Assembly: GCA_015055975.1 (NCBI GenBank)
Contig: SVHF01000005.1
Span: 2,676-66,675, forward strand
DNA from: Clostridiales bacterium
GTDB taxonomy: Bacteria > Bacillota > Clostridia > Christensenellales > UBA3700
Direction: 5' to 3'
DNA: 64,000 bases
This document shows, piece after piece, positions 1 to 10,259 of this stretch. Made by a program: the position numbers and the translations under genes. The notes under the pieces were generated by a model that saw only the letters and a program-made list of their open reading frames with translations, ran no database searches and had not been told where the DNA came from. How positions within the stretch are numbered: position 1 is the first letter of the stretch; each line of letters begins with the position of its first letter.

Positions 1-1
1 A

Positions 2-250
2 GAAGATGGAGCTGGAGATAAGGATGCAGTGTATACATCAATTGTAGAGACAGTTCAAATCTGGGACAATGGAAGATATAAAGTCTTCAATACATTAGAT
101 AGTTGGTATTCACCTCATATCCATGGACTCCCATTTTCTACATCTTCAGAAAACGACTATAAAACGACTTTCTATTACGATAGTTATTCTCTAAATATTT
201 CTAATTACCAATACGCAAAAGAATTTATTGAATATATTCAAAATAAATAA
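2..250 (+). CDS. 3' part of a hypothetical protein (runs in from the window start)
   Basis: Frame is open from position 2 (EDGAGDKDAVYTS...) to TAA at 248-250; no recognisable motif. Confidence 0.55.
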   Translation, partial: EDGAGDKDAVYTSIVETVQIWDNGRYKVFNTLDSWYSPHIHGLPFSTSSENDYKTTFYYDSYSLNISNYQYAKEFIEYIQNK

Positions 251-292
251 AAACATTTTTCAATTCACCTAAATAATAGTAGAATTGAGGCA

Positions 293-1642
293 ATGAATAA
301 AGATTTATCTCAAGGTCCAATATTAAAAACGTTATGGTTATACTGCTTGCCACTTTTAGGCAGTATTATTTTGCAGCAAGTATATAACCTTGCAGATTCA
401 GTAGTTGCAGGACGTTTTATCAGTGAAGCAGCATTAGCTGCAGTCGGTAACGCAACAGAAATAACACTTATCTATACTGCTTTTGCAATGGGATGCAATA
501 TGGGCTGTCAGGTAATCACTTCTCAATTATTTGGCGCTAAAAACATTAAAGGCTTAAAAACGGGCGTATCAACAGCGTGTATTGCTTTTGGTATAGTATG
601 CTTACTTTTGATGGCATTTGGTTTTATATTTACAAAACCACTTTTGGAATTAATTAATACGCCTGAAGATATCTTAGAAGATTCAGTTTTATATCTAAGA
701 ATATATACTCTTGGTATGCCATTTGTATTTTTCTATAACATTGGCATGGGAATATTTGGAGCGTTAGGTGATTCTAAAACGCCATTTATATTCTTAGCTA
801 TATCATCAATTTCAAATATAGTTGTAGACATTATCTTTGTTGCTGTATTTAATATGGGTGTTGCTGGCGTTGCTTGGGCAACATTTATATGCCAAGGATT
901 AGCGGCAATACTTGGCTGGATAGTTTTGTATAGAAGATTGCATGCAATGAAATGTGAACAATACGAAAAGTTCTCTAAAAAACTTTTGCAAAAATTGGCA
1001 ATAGTAGCAATCCCATCTCTTTTACAACAAAGTTTTATATCTGTTGGAAATATAATTATCCAAGGTATAATAAATGGTTATGGATCTTCTGTAGTTGCAG
1101 GTTTTACTGCAGCTATGAAATTAAACAACATAGCAATTGCAACATTTTTTGCAATAGCATCAGGACTTTCAGCATTCTTTGCTCAAAATATTGGGGCAGA
1201 AACTTACGATAGATTAAATAAAGGATTTAGAGCCGCAAATTATTTTGCATTTGCCATTGCTGTTCCATTTATTATTTTGTATTCATTCTTTGGAATGCAA
1301 TGCGCTCAATTATTCTTAGGAGAGGAGGCAAGTGCTCAAGCCTTTTTAACGGCAAAGCAAGTGCTACTTTTAATTGCACCATTCTATTTCATTGCAGCAA
1401 TTAAAGTTATAACAGATGGAGCCTTACGTGGCGCTGGTGCAATGAAGTTGTTTATGATAGATACTTTTGCTGATTTAATTCTTCGTGTTGGATTTGCATT
1501 CTTGTTATCTTTCCTTTTAGGAGAAAGCGGGATTTGGTGGTCATGGGGTATTGGATGGACAATAGGAATGGTCATTGCAGAGATTTTCTATTTCAAAGGT
1601 TATTGGAAAAACAATTTAGACTTTATTAAAGACGTTAATTAA
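293..1642 (+). CDS. MATE family efflux transporter
   Basis: 449 aa, about 12 TM segments, two repeats with MATE motifs (QQVYNLADSVVAGRFIS, ALAAVG, GALGDSKTP, QNIGA). Confidence 0.93.
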   Translation: MNKDLSQGPILKTLWLYCLPLLGSIILQQVYNLADSVVAGRFISEAALAAVGNATEITLIYTAFAMGCNMGCQVITSQLFGAKNIKGLKTGVSTACIAFGIVCLLLMAFGFIFTKPLLELINTPEDILEDSVLYLRIYTLGMPFVFFYNIGMGIFGALGDSKTPFIFLAISSISNIVVDIIFVAVFNMGVAGVAWATFICQGLAAILGWIVLYRRLHAMKCEQYEKFSKKLLQKLAIVAIPSLLQQSFISVGNIIIQGIINGYGSSVVAGFTAAMKLNNIAIATFFAIASGLSAFFAQNIGAETYDRLNKGFRAANYFAFAIAVPFIILYSFFGMQCAQLFLGEEASAQAFLTAKQVLLLIAPFYFIAAIKVITDGALRGAGAMKLFMIDTFADLILRVGFAFLLSFLLGESGIWWSWGIGWTIGMVIAEIFYFKGYWKNNLDFIKDVN

Positions 1643-2570
1643 AAGGAATCATTGTCAAAAGTGGAAGAGTAACAATACATGTCATGGTGCTTAGAAGCAC
1701 CATGTTTACTGATTCTTTTTGACCTTGTCCTAACATTTCAGCAAATGTTTGAATAATTACTGCACATGGAGCTGCGCATAAAATAAATACTGTTTGCTTT
1801 ATAGTTGTTTCTATTGGCAAGAAATAAACAACAAGTAAAGCAACAAGTGGGAATATAACTTGCTTAATCCCACAGAAGATGTAGTTTTTGTAGTTTGTGA
1901 ATATTGGCTTGAACTCCATTGTTCCTAATCTCATACCAATAATTAGCATGCAAAGAGGTGTTGTCATCTTAGCAAGTATCATTACGAATTCTTCAACTCT
2001 AGCACTTATTGTAATCAAATGAGTATTTGTAAAGAATAGTGGAAGAGCCACAATTAATGAAAGCACTGCTGGATTTAAAAATACTTTCTTTATTGAGATG
2101 TATTTAGTTTCTTTAGTAATTAAATAGCAGCCAATAGTCCATCCAATTATATTCATAGCGATGAAAAATACTGTTGAATAGATATATAGTGAATCTGTTC
2201 CAAAGATTGAGTGAAGTAGTGGATTCCCAAAGAACGCTACGTTTCCAAAGCAAGTGCAAATTATGTATAGTCTATTCATAATGTCATCGAAACGATTGCG
2301 CATTATGAAATAGAAGATTGTTAAAAATAGAGTCATTAAGCCAAATACTATACCAAACACAATGCCCATGTGCTTTACGGTATCTACAGTGAATTCAGCT
2401 TGATCAAAAGAATAGATGGTTAAACATGGTTGGCATACATACATTAGAACAAAAGCAAACGCAGAAATAGATTGCTCTTTAATAAGCTTCGTCTTTACTA
2501 ATATAAATCCTGGGATTGCATAAGCAAATAGCATAGCAACCGTAGCAAGTGTAATTAAAAAGTTATCCAT
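1635..2570 (-). CDS. AEC (auxin efflux carrier / malate permease) family transporter
   Basis: 311 aa, about 10 TM, motifs FGNVAFFGNP, TTPLCMLIIG, AAPCAV. Confidence 0.88.
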   Translation of the reverse strand: MDNFLITLATVAMLFAYAIPGFILVKTKLIKEQSISAFAFVLMYVCQPCLTIYSFDQAEFTVDTVKHMGIVFGIVFGLMTLFLTIFYFIMRNRFDDIMNRLYIICTCFGNVAFFGNPLLHSIFGTDSLYIYSTVFFIAMNIIGWTIGCYLITKETKYISIKKVFLNPAVLSLIVALPLFFTNTHLITISARVEEFVMILAKMTTPLCMLIIGMRLGTMEFKPIFTNYKNYIFCGIKQVIFPLVALLVVYFLPIETTIKQTVFILCAAPCAVIIQTFAEMLGQGQKESVNMVLLSTMTCIVTLPLLTMIPFN

Positions 2571-3044
2571 TTATTCCTTTATTATGTCCGCCATTTCAAT
2601 GCGGATTACTTTTTGAAGTGAAGAGAGAGGAAGTTCGACTTGGTATCCAATTTTGCCAGCACTAAAATAGATAGTTTCAAAATCTGCTGCAGTGTTGTGA
2701 ATTACAGTTTTAAATTGTTTTTTCATTCCAATAGGAGAGCAGCCTCCATGAACATATCCAGTAAGTGGTAATAAATCTTTTTGATGTAACATCTCAAGAG
2801 ATTTTTCGTGAACTGAAGCAGCAGCTTTCTTTAAGTCTAACTCTTCTGCAACTGGTACCATAAAAACATAATGATTGTTAGATTTTGCAACAGTAACTAA
2901 TGTTTTAAAAACACGATTTACATCTTGGTGTAAAATGTTAGCAACTTCAACGCCAGATATAGCGTTTTTATCATCGCCTAAAAAATGCTCATTGTGCGTA
3001 ATTTTAAGGCTATCTAATTTTCTCATTACATTTGTCTTTTCCAT
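2571..3044 (-). CDS. ybaK: Cys-tRNA(Pro) deacylase, YbaK family
   Basis: KTNVMRKLD, VFKTLV, LDLKKAA, TGYVHGGCSPIGMKK, SAGKIG motifs; start placed at MEKTNV (3044). Confidence 0.9.
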   Translation of the reverse strand: MEKTNVMRKLDSLKITHNEHFLGDDKNAISGVEVANILHQDVNRVFKTLVTVAKSNNHYVFMVPVAEELDLKKAAASVHEKSLEMLHQKDLLPLTGYVHGGCSPIGMKKQFKTVIHNTAADFETIYFSAGKIGYQVELPLSSLQKVIRIEMADIIKE

Positions 3045-3134
3045 ATAAATAATTTTAATTTTTAAATTAAGATTTGACAAGCAAGTAAATTGACCTTTTA
3101 TTATTATTAATATAAAATATTTGCAAGAGGCCGT

Positions 3135-3626
3135 ATGAAGAAAACTATCTTATTATCTTTAATCATAATAATCGTTTTATCTTTATCTCTATTTGGCTGT
3201 GCTCCAAAGTCTGTAAAAGTCATTGTGGAAGACAGGGAAGTAGGATCTATTGATTTACTTGTTTTCGACGATACTGCAAAGTCTATAAAATATACGCTAA
3301 ATGGCGAAGAACAATCTCAATTAATACAAATGCTAGATAACCTTGGCTATATGGATAGATATATTGTTCCAAACGCAATTGCTTCAGAATCTTTTGAATA
3401 TGCTTTGACTATAAATGTTAATAAAAAAGGTTTGAAAAAAGCTTATTCATATTATGTTTATATCGATAAGACTGAAACATACACAATAGCAGGCAAAGAT
3501 ATAACAAATAGAAAGGAAAAGTATTTAAGAATTGTAACTGATTCTAAAAAATACGAGGGCGAAGCAAATCAAGAAGTAATAAATTATTTAAAGCAGTTAA
3601 AAGAAACTGCAATTTCTAGAGGATAA
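3135..3626 (+). CDS. Lipoprotein, unknown function
   Basis: Basic N-terminus, hydrophobic stretch and lipobox LFG-C. Confidence 0.75.
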   Translation: MKKTILLSLIIIIVLSLSLFGCAPKSVKVIVEDREVGSIDLLVFDDTAKSIKYTLNGEEQSQLIQMLDNLGYMDRYIVPNAIASESFEYALTINVNKKGLKKAYSYYVYIDKTETYTIAGKDITNRKEKYLRIVTDSKKYEGEANQEVINYLKQLKETAISRG

Positions 3627-3628
3627 AT

Positions 3629-4885
3629 ATGGAAAAGAAACCTTTTGTAACAAAAGAACAAATCGAAGAGATTGTTAAAACTTACCCAACTCCATTCCAC
3701 ATCTATGATGAAAAGGGAATTAGAGAAAACGCAAGAAGATTGAAGAAAGCTTTTTCTTGGAATAAAGGATTCAAAGAATACTTTGCCGTAAAAGCTACAC
3801 CAAACCCATATCTAATGCAAATTTTAAGAGAAGAGGGATGTGGAGTTGATTGCTCATCTTTAACGGAACTTATGCTTTCAGATACAGTTGGATTTTCTGG
3901 AAAAGAAATTATGTTTTCATCAAACGTAACTCCAGAGGCAGATTTTATATTAGCAAGAAAGCTAAACGCAATTATTAACTTCGACGATTTAACTCATATT
4001 GAATTTTTTAAGAAGTTAGCTCCATTTGCAGAAACAATGTGCTGCAGATATAACCCAGGTGGCGACTTTACTTTGAATAATGCAATTATGGATACTCCAA
4101 AAGATGCTAAATATGGTATGACAAAAGATCAAATGAAGCAAGCTTTCAAGAAGATGAAAGAATATGGCGTTAAACATTTCGGTATCCATGCATTTTTAGC
4201 TTCAAACACAACAGATAATGGATATTATCCAAAGCTTGCAAGAATACTATTTAATTTGGCAGTTGAATTAAAGAAAGAATGCGATGTTCATATTGCATTT
4301 ATTAATTTATCTGGTGGTGTTGGTATTGCTTATAGACCAGATCAAAAACCTAACGATATTGATGTTATTGGACAAGGCGTTAAAGAAGCTTATGAAGAAA
4401 TCTTGGTTCCAGAAGGTATGGATGATGTTGCTATCTTTACAGAACTTGGAAGATTTATGCTTGCTCCATATGGACATTTAATTGCAAAAGTTATTCATGA
4501 AAAGCATATCTGGAAAGAATATATTGGGCTTGATGCTTGTGCTGCAAATCTTATGAGACCAGCTATGTACAAGGCATATCACCACATAACAGTTTTAGGA
4601 AAAGAAAACGCTCCAAAAGATCATATCTACGATGTAACTGGTGGTCTTTGTGAAAACAATGATAAATTTGCAATTGATAGAGAATTGCCAAAGATTGATA
4701 TAGGAGACTATGTAGTAATTCATGATGCAGGCGCCCATGGTTTTTCTATGGGATATAACTATAACGGCAAACTAAGATCAGCAGAATTATTATTAAAAGA
4801 AGATGGTTCAGTTAAGCTTATTAGACGTGCTGAAACACCTGCAGATTATTTTGCAACACTAGATTTAACACCATTTAAAAAATAA
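3629..4885 (+). CDS. lysA: Diaminopimelate decarboxylase
   Basis: YPTPFHIYDE, FAVKATPN (PLP lysine), NLSGG, ELGRF, GGLCENND, AGAHGFSMGYNYNG motifs. Confidence 0.93.
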   Translation: MEKKPFVTKEQIEEIVKTYPTPFHIYDEKGIRENARRLKKAFSWNKGFKEYFAVKATPNPYLMQILREEGCGVDCSSLTELMLSDTVGFSGKEIMFSSNVTPEADFILARKLNAIINFDDLTHIEFFKKLAPFAETMCCRYNPGGDFTLNNAIMDTPKDAKYGMTKDQMKQAFKKMKEYGVKHFGIHAFLASNTTDNGYYPKLARILFNLAVELKKECDVHIAFINLSGGVGIAYRPDQKPNDIDVIGQGVKEAYEEILVPEGMDDVAIFTELGRFMLAPYGHLIAKVIHEKHIWKEYIGLDACAANLMRPAMYKAYHHITVLGKENAPKDHIYDVTGGLCENNDKFAIDRELPKIDIGDYVVIHDAGAHGFSMGYNYNGKLRSAELLLKEDGSVKLIRRAETPADYFATLDLTPFKK

Positions 4886-4906
4886 TGGAAATACATTGAA
4901 ATAGCG

Positions 4907-4933
4907 AGCTGGGATATATGTCCCAGCTTTTTT
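4907..4933 (+). terminator. Intrinsic terminator after lysA
   Basis: AGCTGGGA-TATATG-TCCCAGCT followed by a T run. Confidence 0.85.
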
Positions 4934-5022
4934 AATGTCCCTAATTTTGCCAAAGTATTGATTTATTGTAAATAAAAAATATACTTAAAGTAGGGGAATT
5001 ATTCTGATAAGGAGGATTATTT

Positions 5023-6174
5023 ATGGAGGATTACAGCAAATTTATTGCAAAAGAAAGAAGAGCTATTCCAACACCAAAGAGTATGGTAAATGAGGATGGC
5101 ACATGTGTCTTTGGAACTTTTGACAAAGAATTTGAAGAGATGGATTTATTGAAGATTAAGAATCCAACTCATTTCCCAGATTTTCTAAACAGATTCAAAT
5201 TAACTCTATGGGAAGCAACAGAAATACACTTTAAAGAAGGTGTGCTTTTAGCTGTTGTTTGCGATATGGGTATATTTGGTAAATTAATGAATGTCTTTTA
5301 TGATAAAGAAACTCATTATGTTTATTGCTGGGATACACAAATAAAATCTAAAGATACAAAAATTGCGCCAAATCTAATCAACGGCTCAATTGCCGAAGGA
5401 AGATTAGGCGAAACATTTGTTAAATACGTTAACAATTTTGAAGTAGGCAAGGCAACGCTTGATGGTAAGGCTGTTGGTAAATGCTTAGTAACAAAGCCAA
5501 GAAAAGATAAAACCGCAGTTCAAGCTATGAAAGAAAACATGGAAGAAGCAACTATTGAATATTCTCTAAAGCTAGATAGATTATCTAAGCCTTGTGTTGT
5601 TTCTATTCCATTTGCAACAGATAGACCAAGACCTTTATATAGCCAAAAGGACTTCTTTAAAGTTGAAGGTAGCTTAACAATTAATGGAAAAACCTATACA
5701 TCTGACGATTTTACTACAGGTATTATCGATGATCATAGAGGTTATTATCCAAGAAAAGCTCATTACGATTGGGTAACAACAATGGGCAAATATGAAGTTG
5801 ATGGCAAAAAGCAATATATAGCTTTCAACCTAACAAGAAACCAATCTATAGATCAAGATAAGTACAACGAAAACTTGATTTGGAAAGTTGGTGAAACATC
5901 ACTTCTAACCCCAGTTACTTTTGAAAGAAGTGTATCATCTTGGGACTTTAAAGATTTTTCTGAATGGAAGATTAAAGATGAACATGACATGGTAAATATA
6001 ACATTCAAAGTATATGGCATCAACCCAATGATTGTGCATGTCGACCATATTGTAAGAATAGATTACTACATAACATTTGGAGAACTAGAAGGATATTTGC
6101 GTGATGAAAAGGGCAACAAGATCGTTTTAGATGGAATGTTAGGTATGGGCGAAGATAAGAGCTTATTGCTATAG
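5023..6174 (+). CDS. DUF2804 family protein
   Basis: 383 aa; pattern YSQK...G-L-ING, IIDDHRGYYP..AHYDW, FNL, NENLIW, C-terminal GMGEDK recalled for DUF2804. Confidence 0.7.
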   Translation: MEDYSKFIAKERRAIPTPKSMVNEDGTCVFGTFDKEFEEMDLLKIKNPTHFPDFLNRFKLTLWEATEIHFKEGVLLAVVCDMGIFGKLMNVFYDKETHYVYCWDTQIKSKDTKIAPNLINGSIAEGRLGETFVKYVNNFEVGKATLDGKAVGKCLVTKPRKDKTAVQAMKENMEEATIEYSLKLDRLSKPCVVSIPFATDRPRPLYSQKDFFKVEGSLTINGKTYTSDDFTTGIIDDHRGYYPRKAHYDWVTTMGKYEVDGKKQYIAFNLTRNQSIDQDKYNENLIWKVGETSLLTPVTFERSVSSWDFKDFSEWKIKDEHDMVNITFKVYGINPMIVHVDHIVRIDYYITFGELEGYLRDEKGNKIVLDGMLGMGEDKSLLL

Positions 6175-6188
6175 AGCAAAATGAGGCG

Positions 6189-6219
6189 AAAAAATCCAGG
6201 TTTTGGCCTGGATTTTTTT
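6189..6219. terminator. Bidirectional intrinsic terminator between convergent genes
   Basis: AAAAAATCCAGG-TTTTGG-CCTGGATTTTTT. Confidence 0.85.
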
Positions 6220-6235
6220 ATGCAATAGTTATAAT

Positions 6236-7903
6236 TTATGAAAGCATTGCAACAGCAAGCAAGCAATATAAAATTAGTGATAGTGCATCAACAATAGTTG
6301 TTATAAATGGTGATGCTACAACTGCTGGGTCTAGTTTTACTTTCTTTGCTAAAAGTGGCAATGAACATCCAACAAATTTTGCGATGATTACGGTTAAGGC
6401 AAGTGCTAAAGAAACAATAAAGCTTCTAAAGAACGTATAGCCTTCATATCCAAATAGAAGGTTATCTATAAGCATCAATTTTGCAAAGCATGCAATAGCA
6501 AGCGTTACGCCAATTAATATAGATACTCTTATTTCTTTCCACATAACTTTAAATACGTCTTTCGTAGTAAGTTCATTTAAAGCAAGCGAACGAATAACAG
6601 TAACTGATGCTTGAGAGCCTGCATTGCCACCTGTGTCCATAATCATTGGAACGCATGCAAATAAAACTGTTGATATAGCATTTAATCGCGCTTCGAATGT
6701 GTTTATAATAAGGCCAGTGAATGTGGCGCTTATCATTAATACTAAAAGCCATGGGATTCTATTTCTCCAAATCTCAAATACGCTTCTTTTTAAATATGGC
6801 TTATCTGATGCTTGGATACCTGACATCTTAGCGATATCTTCTGAGTTTTCTTCTTTTAAGACGTCCATAGCGTCGTCAACAGTTACGATACCAACTAATC
6901 TTTTTTCATCATCTACAATTGGGATAGCGATAAAGCCATAGTCTGAAATCTTTCTAGCAACATTTTCTTTATCGTCGGTTGTTTGCGCATAGATGACATT
7001 GTCTGTCATGATATCTTTTATTAATGTTTCTTTATCTGCGAGCATTAAATCTTTTGCAGTAACTAAGCCTAAAAGCTTGTTATCTTTATCTACAACATAG
7101 CAGTTGTAGATTGTCTCTTTATTGATAGCATTCTTCTTAATTTTTGCAAAAGCTTTTTCAACTGTCATATCAGGACGAAGATATACATATTCGACGGTCA
7201 TGATAGAGCCAGCTGAATCAGCAGGGTATTTTAGAATTTCATTTACATATTTTCTTGTTTCATCGTCGCTTTGTGCAAGAATTCTTTTTACGATATTAGA
7301 AGGCATTTCTTCTACCAAATCTACCATATCGTCGACGAATAGCTCGTCCATTAAGCTCTTTAATTCAACGTTATTGAACTTTGAAATTAAAAGTTCTTGC
7401 TTATCTGAATCCAATTCAACGAATGTGTCTGCAGCCAAATCTTTTGGCATTAATCTAAACACAAGTGGTAAATCATCATCAGGTAGGTTTGAAACAATAG
7501 CAGCTAAGTCAGTAGGGTTTTCTGCTGCAAGCAATGGTTTTAAAACGGCAAAGTTTCTATTGTTGATTAAAACTTGTATTTCTTCTTCTTCGGCAATCTT
7601 TAAAGCAGTATTTTCTGGAAGATCCTCAATAAGGCCTACAGTTTCTTGAGGAGTCATTTCTTCAAGGACGTTTTCTAGTTCTTCTTCTTTAAGACCATCG
7701 ATTATTCTTTTTTGTAAATCTGTATCTAACTCAAGAATAATGGCTGCTAAAAAATCACTTGGCAATTCTCTACAAAATGGAATTAGTTTATTCTCTTCAA
7801 TTGAAGGGAATATAGTAGCTAAGTCTTTTGGAGAAAACTCTTGTGCAACCTCAACAGCGCTTGAGAATTGTTCATTCTTTAATAAATCTAAAATCTTATT
7901 CAT
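6236..7903 (-). CDS. mgtE: Magnesium transporter MgtE with duplicated N domain
   Basis: MgtE N domain, CBS pair (SAGSIMT, IPIVDDEKRLVGIVTVDD) and TM region with RIPWL, MDTGGNAGSQ, DPAVVASPFITTIVD. Confidence 0.95.
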   Translation of the reverse strand: MNKILDLLKNEQFSSAVEVAQEFSPKDLATIFPSIEENKLIPFCRELPSDFLAAIILELDTDLQKRIIDGLKEEELENVLEEMTPQETVGLIEDLPENTALKIAEEEEIQVLINNRNFAVLKPLLAAENPTDLAAIVSNLPDDDLPLVFRLMPKDLAADTFVELDSDKQELLISKFNNVELKSLMDELFVDDMVDLVEEMPSNIVKRILAQSDDETRKYVNEILKYPADSAGSIMTVEYVYLRPDMTVEKAFAKIKKNAINKETIYNCYVVDKDNKLLGLVTAKDLMLADKETLIKDIMTDNVIYAQTTDDKENVARKISDYGFIAIPIVDDEKRLVGIVTVDDAMDVLKEENSEDIAKMSGIQASDKPYLKRSVFEIWRNRIPWLLVLMISATFTGLIINTFEARLNAISTVLFACVPMIMDTGGNAGSQASVTVIRSLALNELTTKDVFKVMWKEIRVSILIGVTLAIACFAKLMLIDNLLFGYEGYTFFRSFIVSLALALTVIIAKFVGCSLPLLAKKVKLDPAVVASPFITTIVDALSLILYCLLAVAMLS

Positions 7904-7943
7904 TATAAAAATGAGTCGAACTTAAAAATAGAGAGGAATTAAA

Positions 7944-7997
7944 TTAAAAAGGGCGAGCCCTATTAATCATCCCGTTACTACTTCGCGGTTTATCCAT
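7944..7997 (-). CDS. Putative 17-aa leader peptide of mgtE (MDKPRSSNGMINRARPF)
   Basis: Full SD AGGAGGT 7 nt before the ATG, just downstream of a sigma-A promoter; ends 40 nt before the mgtE ATG. Confidence 0.65.
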   Translation of the reverse strand: MDKPRSSNGMINRARPF

Positions 7998-8031
7998 GAC
8001 TCGCACCTCCTATAATTATTTTTTCCCTTAA

Positions 8032-8060
8032 ATATTATTTATTATTTCAGTGTTTGTCAA
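8032..8060 (-). promoter_or_regulatory. Sigma-A promoter for leader-mgtE
   Basis: TTGACA (8060-8055), 17 nt spacer, TAATAT (8037-8032). Confidence 0.7.
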
Positions 8061-8170
8061 ACGCTTGGTTAACTTTTAAGAAAAAAATACAAGATAAAAT
8101 ATGGGGAACTAATATGCGCGTGTATTTTCGCGTAATATATGATACTATTTAATAGATAGAAAATTTAAAA

Positions 8171-9445
8171 GTGGGGATTATTGTGGCTCAAAATAGTATA
8201 TTCAATTTAACGATATGTTTAATGGGAATAATGATATTGACAATTCACGTTGCTAATATTCTGTTCCAAAAAGACATAAGATGGGAAGAAAAAATCCTTT
8301 TATACTTTTTCGTCTTTACAATAATTCACTTTGCAACATATCTAACATTTACGCTTCTAAAAGATTCTCACCAAACAAACGGCTTTATAATGACGTTCTA
8401 TACAATATTCTACATAATAAATAATATTGAAGTTTTATTACTATTTTGGTATGCAAGAAATTACATAAAGCTGGATACGCAGTTGGGAAAGGCGCTATCA
8501 ATTATTAACATTACAATATTTAGCATGTTTGTATTGTTAGACATAATAAACATTTTTACAGGCATTTTCTTCACTGCTCAAGATGGTGTATATCAAAGAA
8601 GCAAGACAATGATAATATCTCAAGGATACCAATTTATCATGTTTGGTATAATCATTGTTATCGCTTTGAAAAATAAGAAATTATATGTTCGTGAAAAGGT
8701 GGCTTTTTGTGTATATTGCATTTTGCCATTAATTGCGATTATTCTACAAAACATATTTAAAGGCTATGCAATAGCATATGCATCAATAATTGTAGCAATT
8801 GAAGTTCTATTCTTATTCTTAAGCGTTCAAAATAGCATTGAACTTGCAAAAGTCGAGGAAAAGAATAAAGATGCAAAAATTAAGCTGATGTTATCTCAAA
8901 TACAGCCACATTTTATGTATAACTCACTTTCTGCTATATCAACTTTAATTACGATTGATCCAGAAAAAGCTCAAGAAGCATTAGATCGTTTTACAGCATA
9001 TCTTAGAGCAAATTTATCTTCTTTATCTGCGGAAAAATTGATTCCATTTGAAGATGAATTGCAACACATCGAAACATATGTGGCTTTAGAGAAGTTAAGA
9101 TTTAATAATAGAATTAATGTTGTTTACGATATACAAACAAAGAACTTTAGCGTGCCACCATTAACGATTCAGCCACTTGTTGAAAATGCAGTAAAGCATG
9201 GTATATTAAAGAAGCTTGAAGGCGGAACAGTAACGATAAGGACGTTAGAAGTTTCGGAAGCGTTTATTGTAGAGATTGTCGATGATGGCGTTGGATTTAA
9301 TATGGCAGATGTAGATTTTAATAGTAATATACATTTTGGGATGAATAACATTAGATATCGTCTAAACACTATGTGTAGAGCCGATGTTGTTATAAATAGC
9401 GAACTTGGAAAAGGAACAAAAATAAGGGTTATCTTATATAAATAG
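8171..9445 (+). CDS. LytS/YehU-type sensor histidine kinase
   Basis: About 7 N-terminal TM; SQIQPHFMYNSL, ELQHIETYVALEKLRF, IQPLVENAVKHG, DDGVGF, HFGMNNI, GKGT. Confidence 0.92.
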   Translation: MGIIVAQNSIFNLTICLMGIMILTIHVANILFQKDIRWEEKILLYFFVFTIIHFATYLTFTLLKDSHQTNGFIMTFYTIFYIINNIEVLLLFWYARNYIKLDTQLGKALSIINITIFSMFVLLDIINIFTGIFFTAQDGVYQRSKTMIISQGYQFIMFGIIIVIALKNKKLYVREKVAFCVYCILPLIAIILQNIFKGYAIAYASIIVAIEVLFLFLSVQNSIELAKVEEKNKDAKIKLMLSQIQPHFMYNSLSAISTLITIDPEKAQEALDRFTAYLRANLSSLSAEKLIPFEDELQHIETYVALEKLRFNNRINVVYDIQTKNFSVPPLTIQPLVENAVKHGILKKLEGGTVTIRTLEVSEAFIVEIVDDGVGFNMADVDFNSNIHFGMNNIRYRLNTMCRADVVINSELGKGTKIRVILYK

Positions 9446-9455
9446 AGGTTACGGC

Positions 9456-10223
9456 ATGAGAATATTATTAGTTGATGATGAAGAATTGCAATTATTGCGT
9501 TTGAAAGATACCGTTATAAAGGTACTATCACAAGATAATGAATATTTAATATATTCAAATCCAGTGAAAGCATATGAAGAAAACAAAGATAAAGTTATAG
9601 ATATCGCGTTTTTGGATATAGAAATGCCAGTAATGAACGGAATCCAATTGGCAAAGAAATTAAAAATAGCAAATCCGCAAGTAAATATTATATTTGTAAC
9701 CGCTTATGATGGTTATGCACTTGAAGCGCATAAAATGCACGCTTCTGGCTACATTACAAAGCCTGTCAATGAAACTTTAGTTAGAAACGAAATCGAAGGT
9801 TTAAGATATCCAGTTGCACTTCCAGAGAAGGAAGGGAATTTGTTGGAGGTTAAATGCTTTGGAAACTTTGAGGTGTTCAAGGATGGAGAACCTCTACGTT
9901 TTGCAAGAAGCAAGTCTAAAGAATTGTTCGCATATCTTATCGATAGAGAAGGAGCTGCTGTTAGCTTAAACGAATTAAACGCGATATTATGGGATGAGGA
10001 TAAAAGTTCATATTTAAGAAATTTAATAGTAGATATACAAACAACATTAAAAGAAGTTGGAGCGGAGGATGTATTCGTAAAAAGACACAGCGAATGTTTC
10101 GTAAATGTAGACAAAATTAACTGCGATGCATATGAGTACAAAAAGAACAATCCAACAGCTATTAGAATGTATCGCGGAGAGTACATGGCACAGTATTCTT
10201 GGCCAATATTCAAAAACGATTGA
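9456..10223 (+). CDS. Response regulator (REC plus winged-HTH/SARP-like output)
   Basis: VDDE, FLDIEMP, FVTAY, YITKP; then VKCFGNFEV, SKSKELFAYLIDR, YRGEYM..YSW. Confidence 0.9.
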   Translation: MRILLVDDEELQLLRLKDTVIKVLSQDNEYLIYSNPVKAYEENKDKVIDIAFLDIEMPVMNGIQLAKKLKIANPQVNIIFVTAYDGYALEAHKMHASGYITKPVNETLVRNEIEGLRYPVALPEKEGNLLEVKCFGNFEVFKDGEPLRFARSKSKELFAYLIDREGAAVSLNELNAILWDEDKSSYLRNLIVDIQTTLKEVGAEDVFVKRHSECFVNVDKINCDAYEYKKNNPTAIRMYRGEYMAQYSWPIFKND

Positions 10224-10259
10224 TTTTTTGGCATTTTACGGGGAATAGACCCCTTTAAA

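Noticed and set aside
3560-3628. Lysine riboswitch upstream of lysA
   Set aside because: lysA starts 2 nt after the lipoprotein gene; no leader.
7904-8100. M-box (ykoK) riboswitch upstream of mgtE
   Set aside because: Leader is about 120 nt and lacks the M-box conserved sequence.
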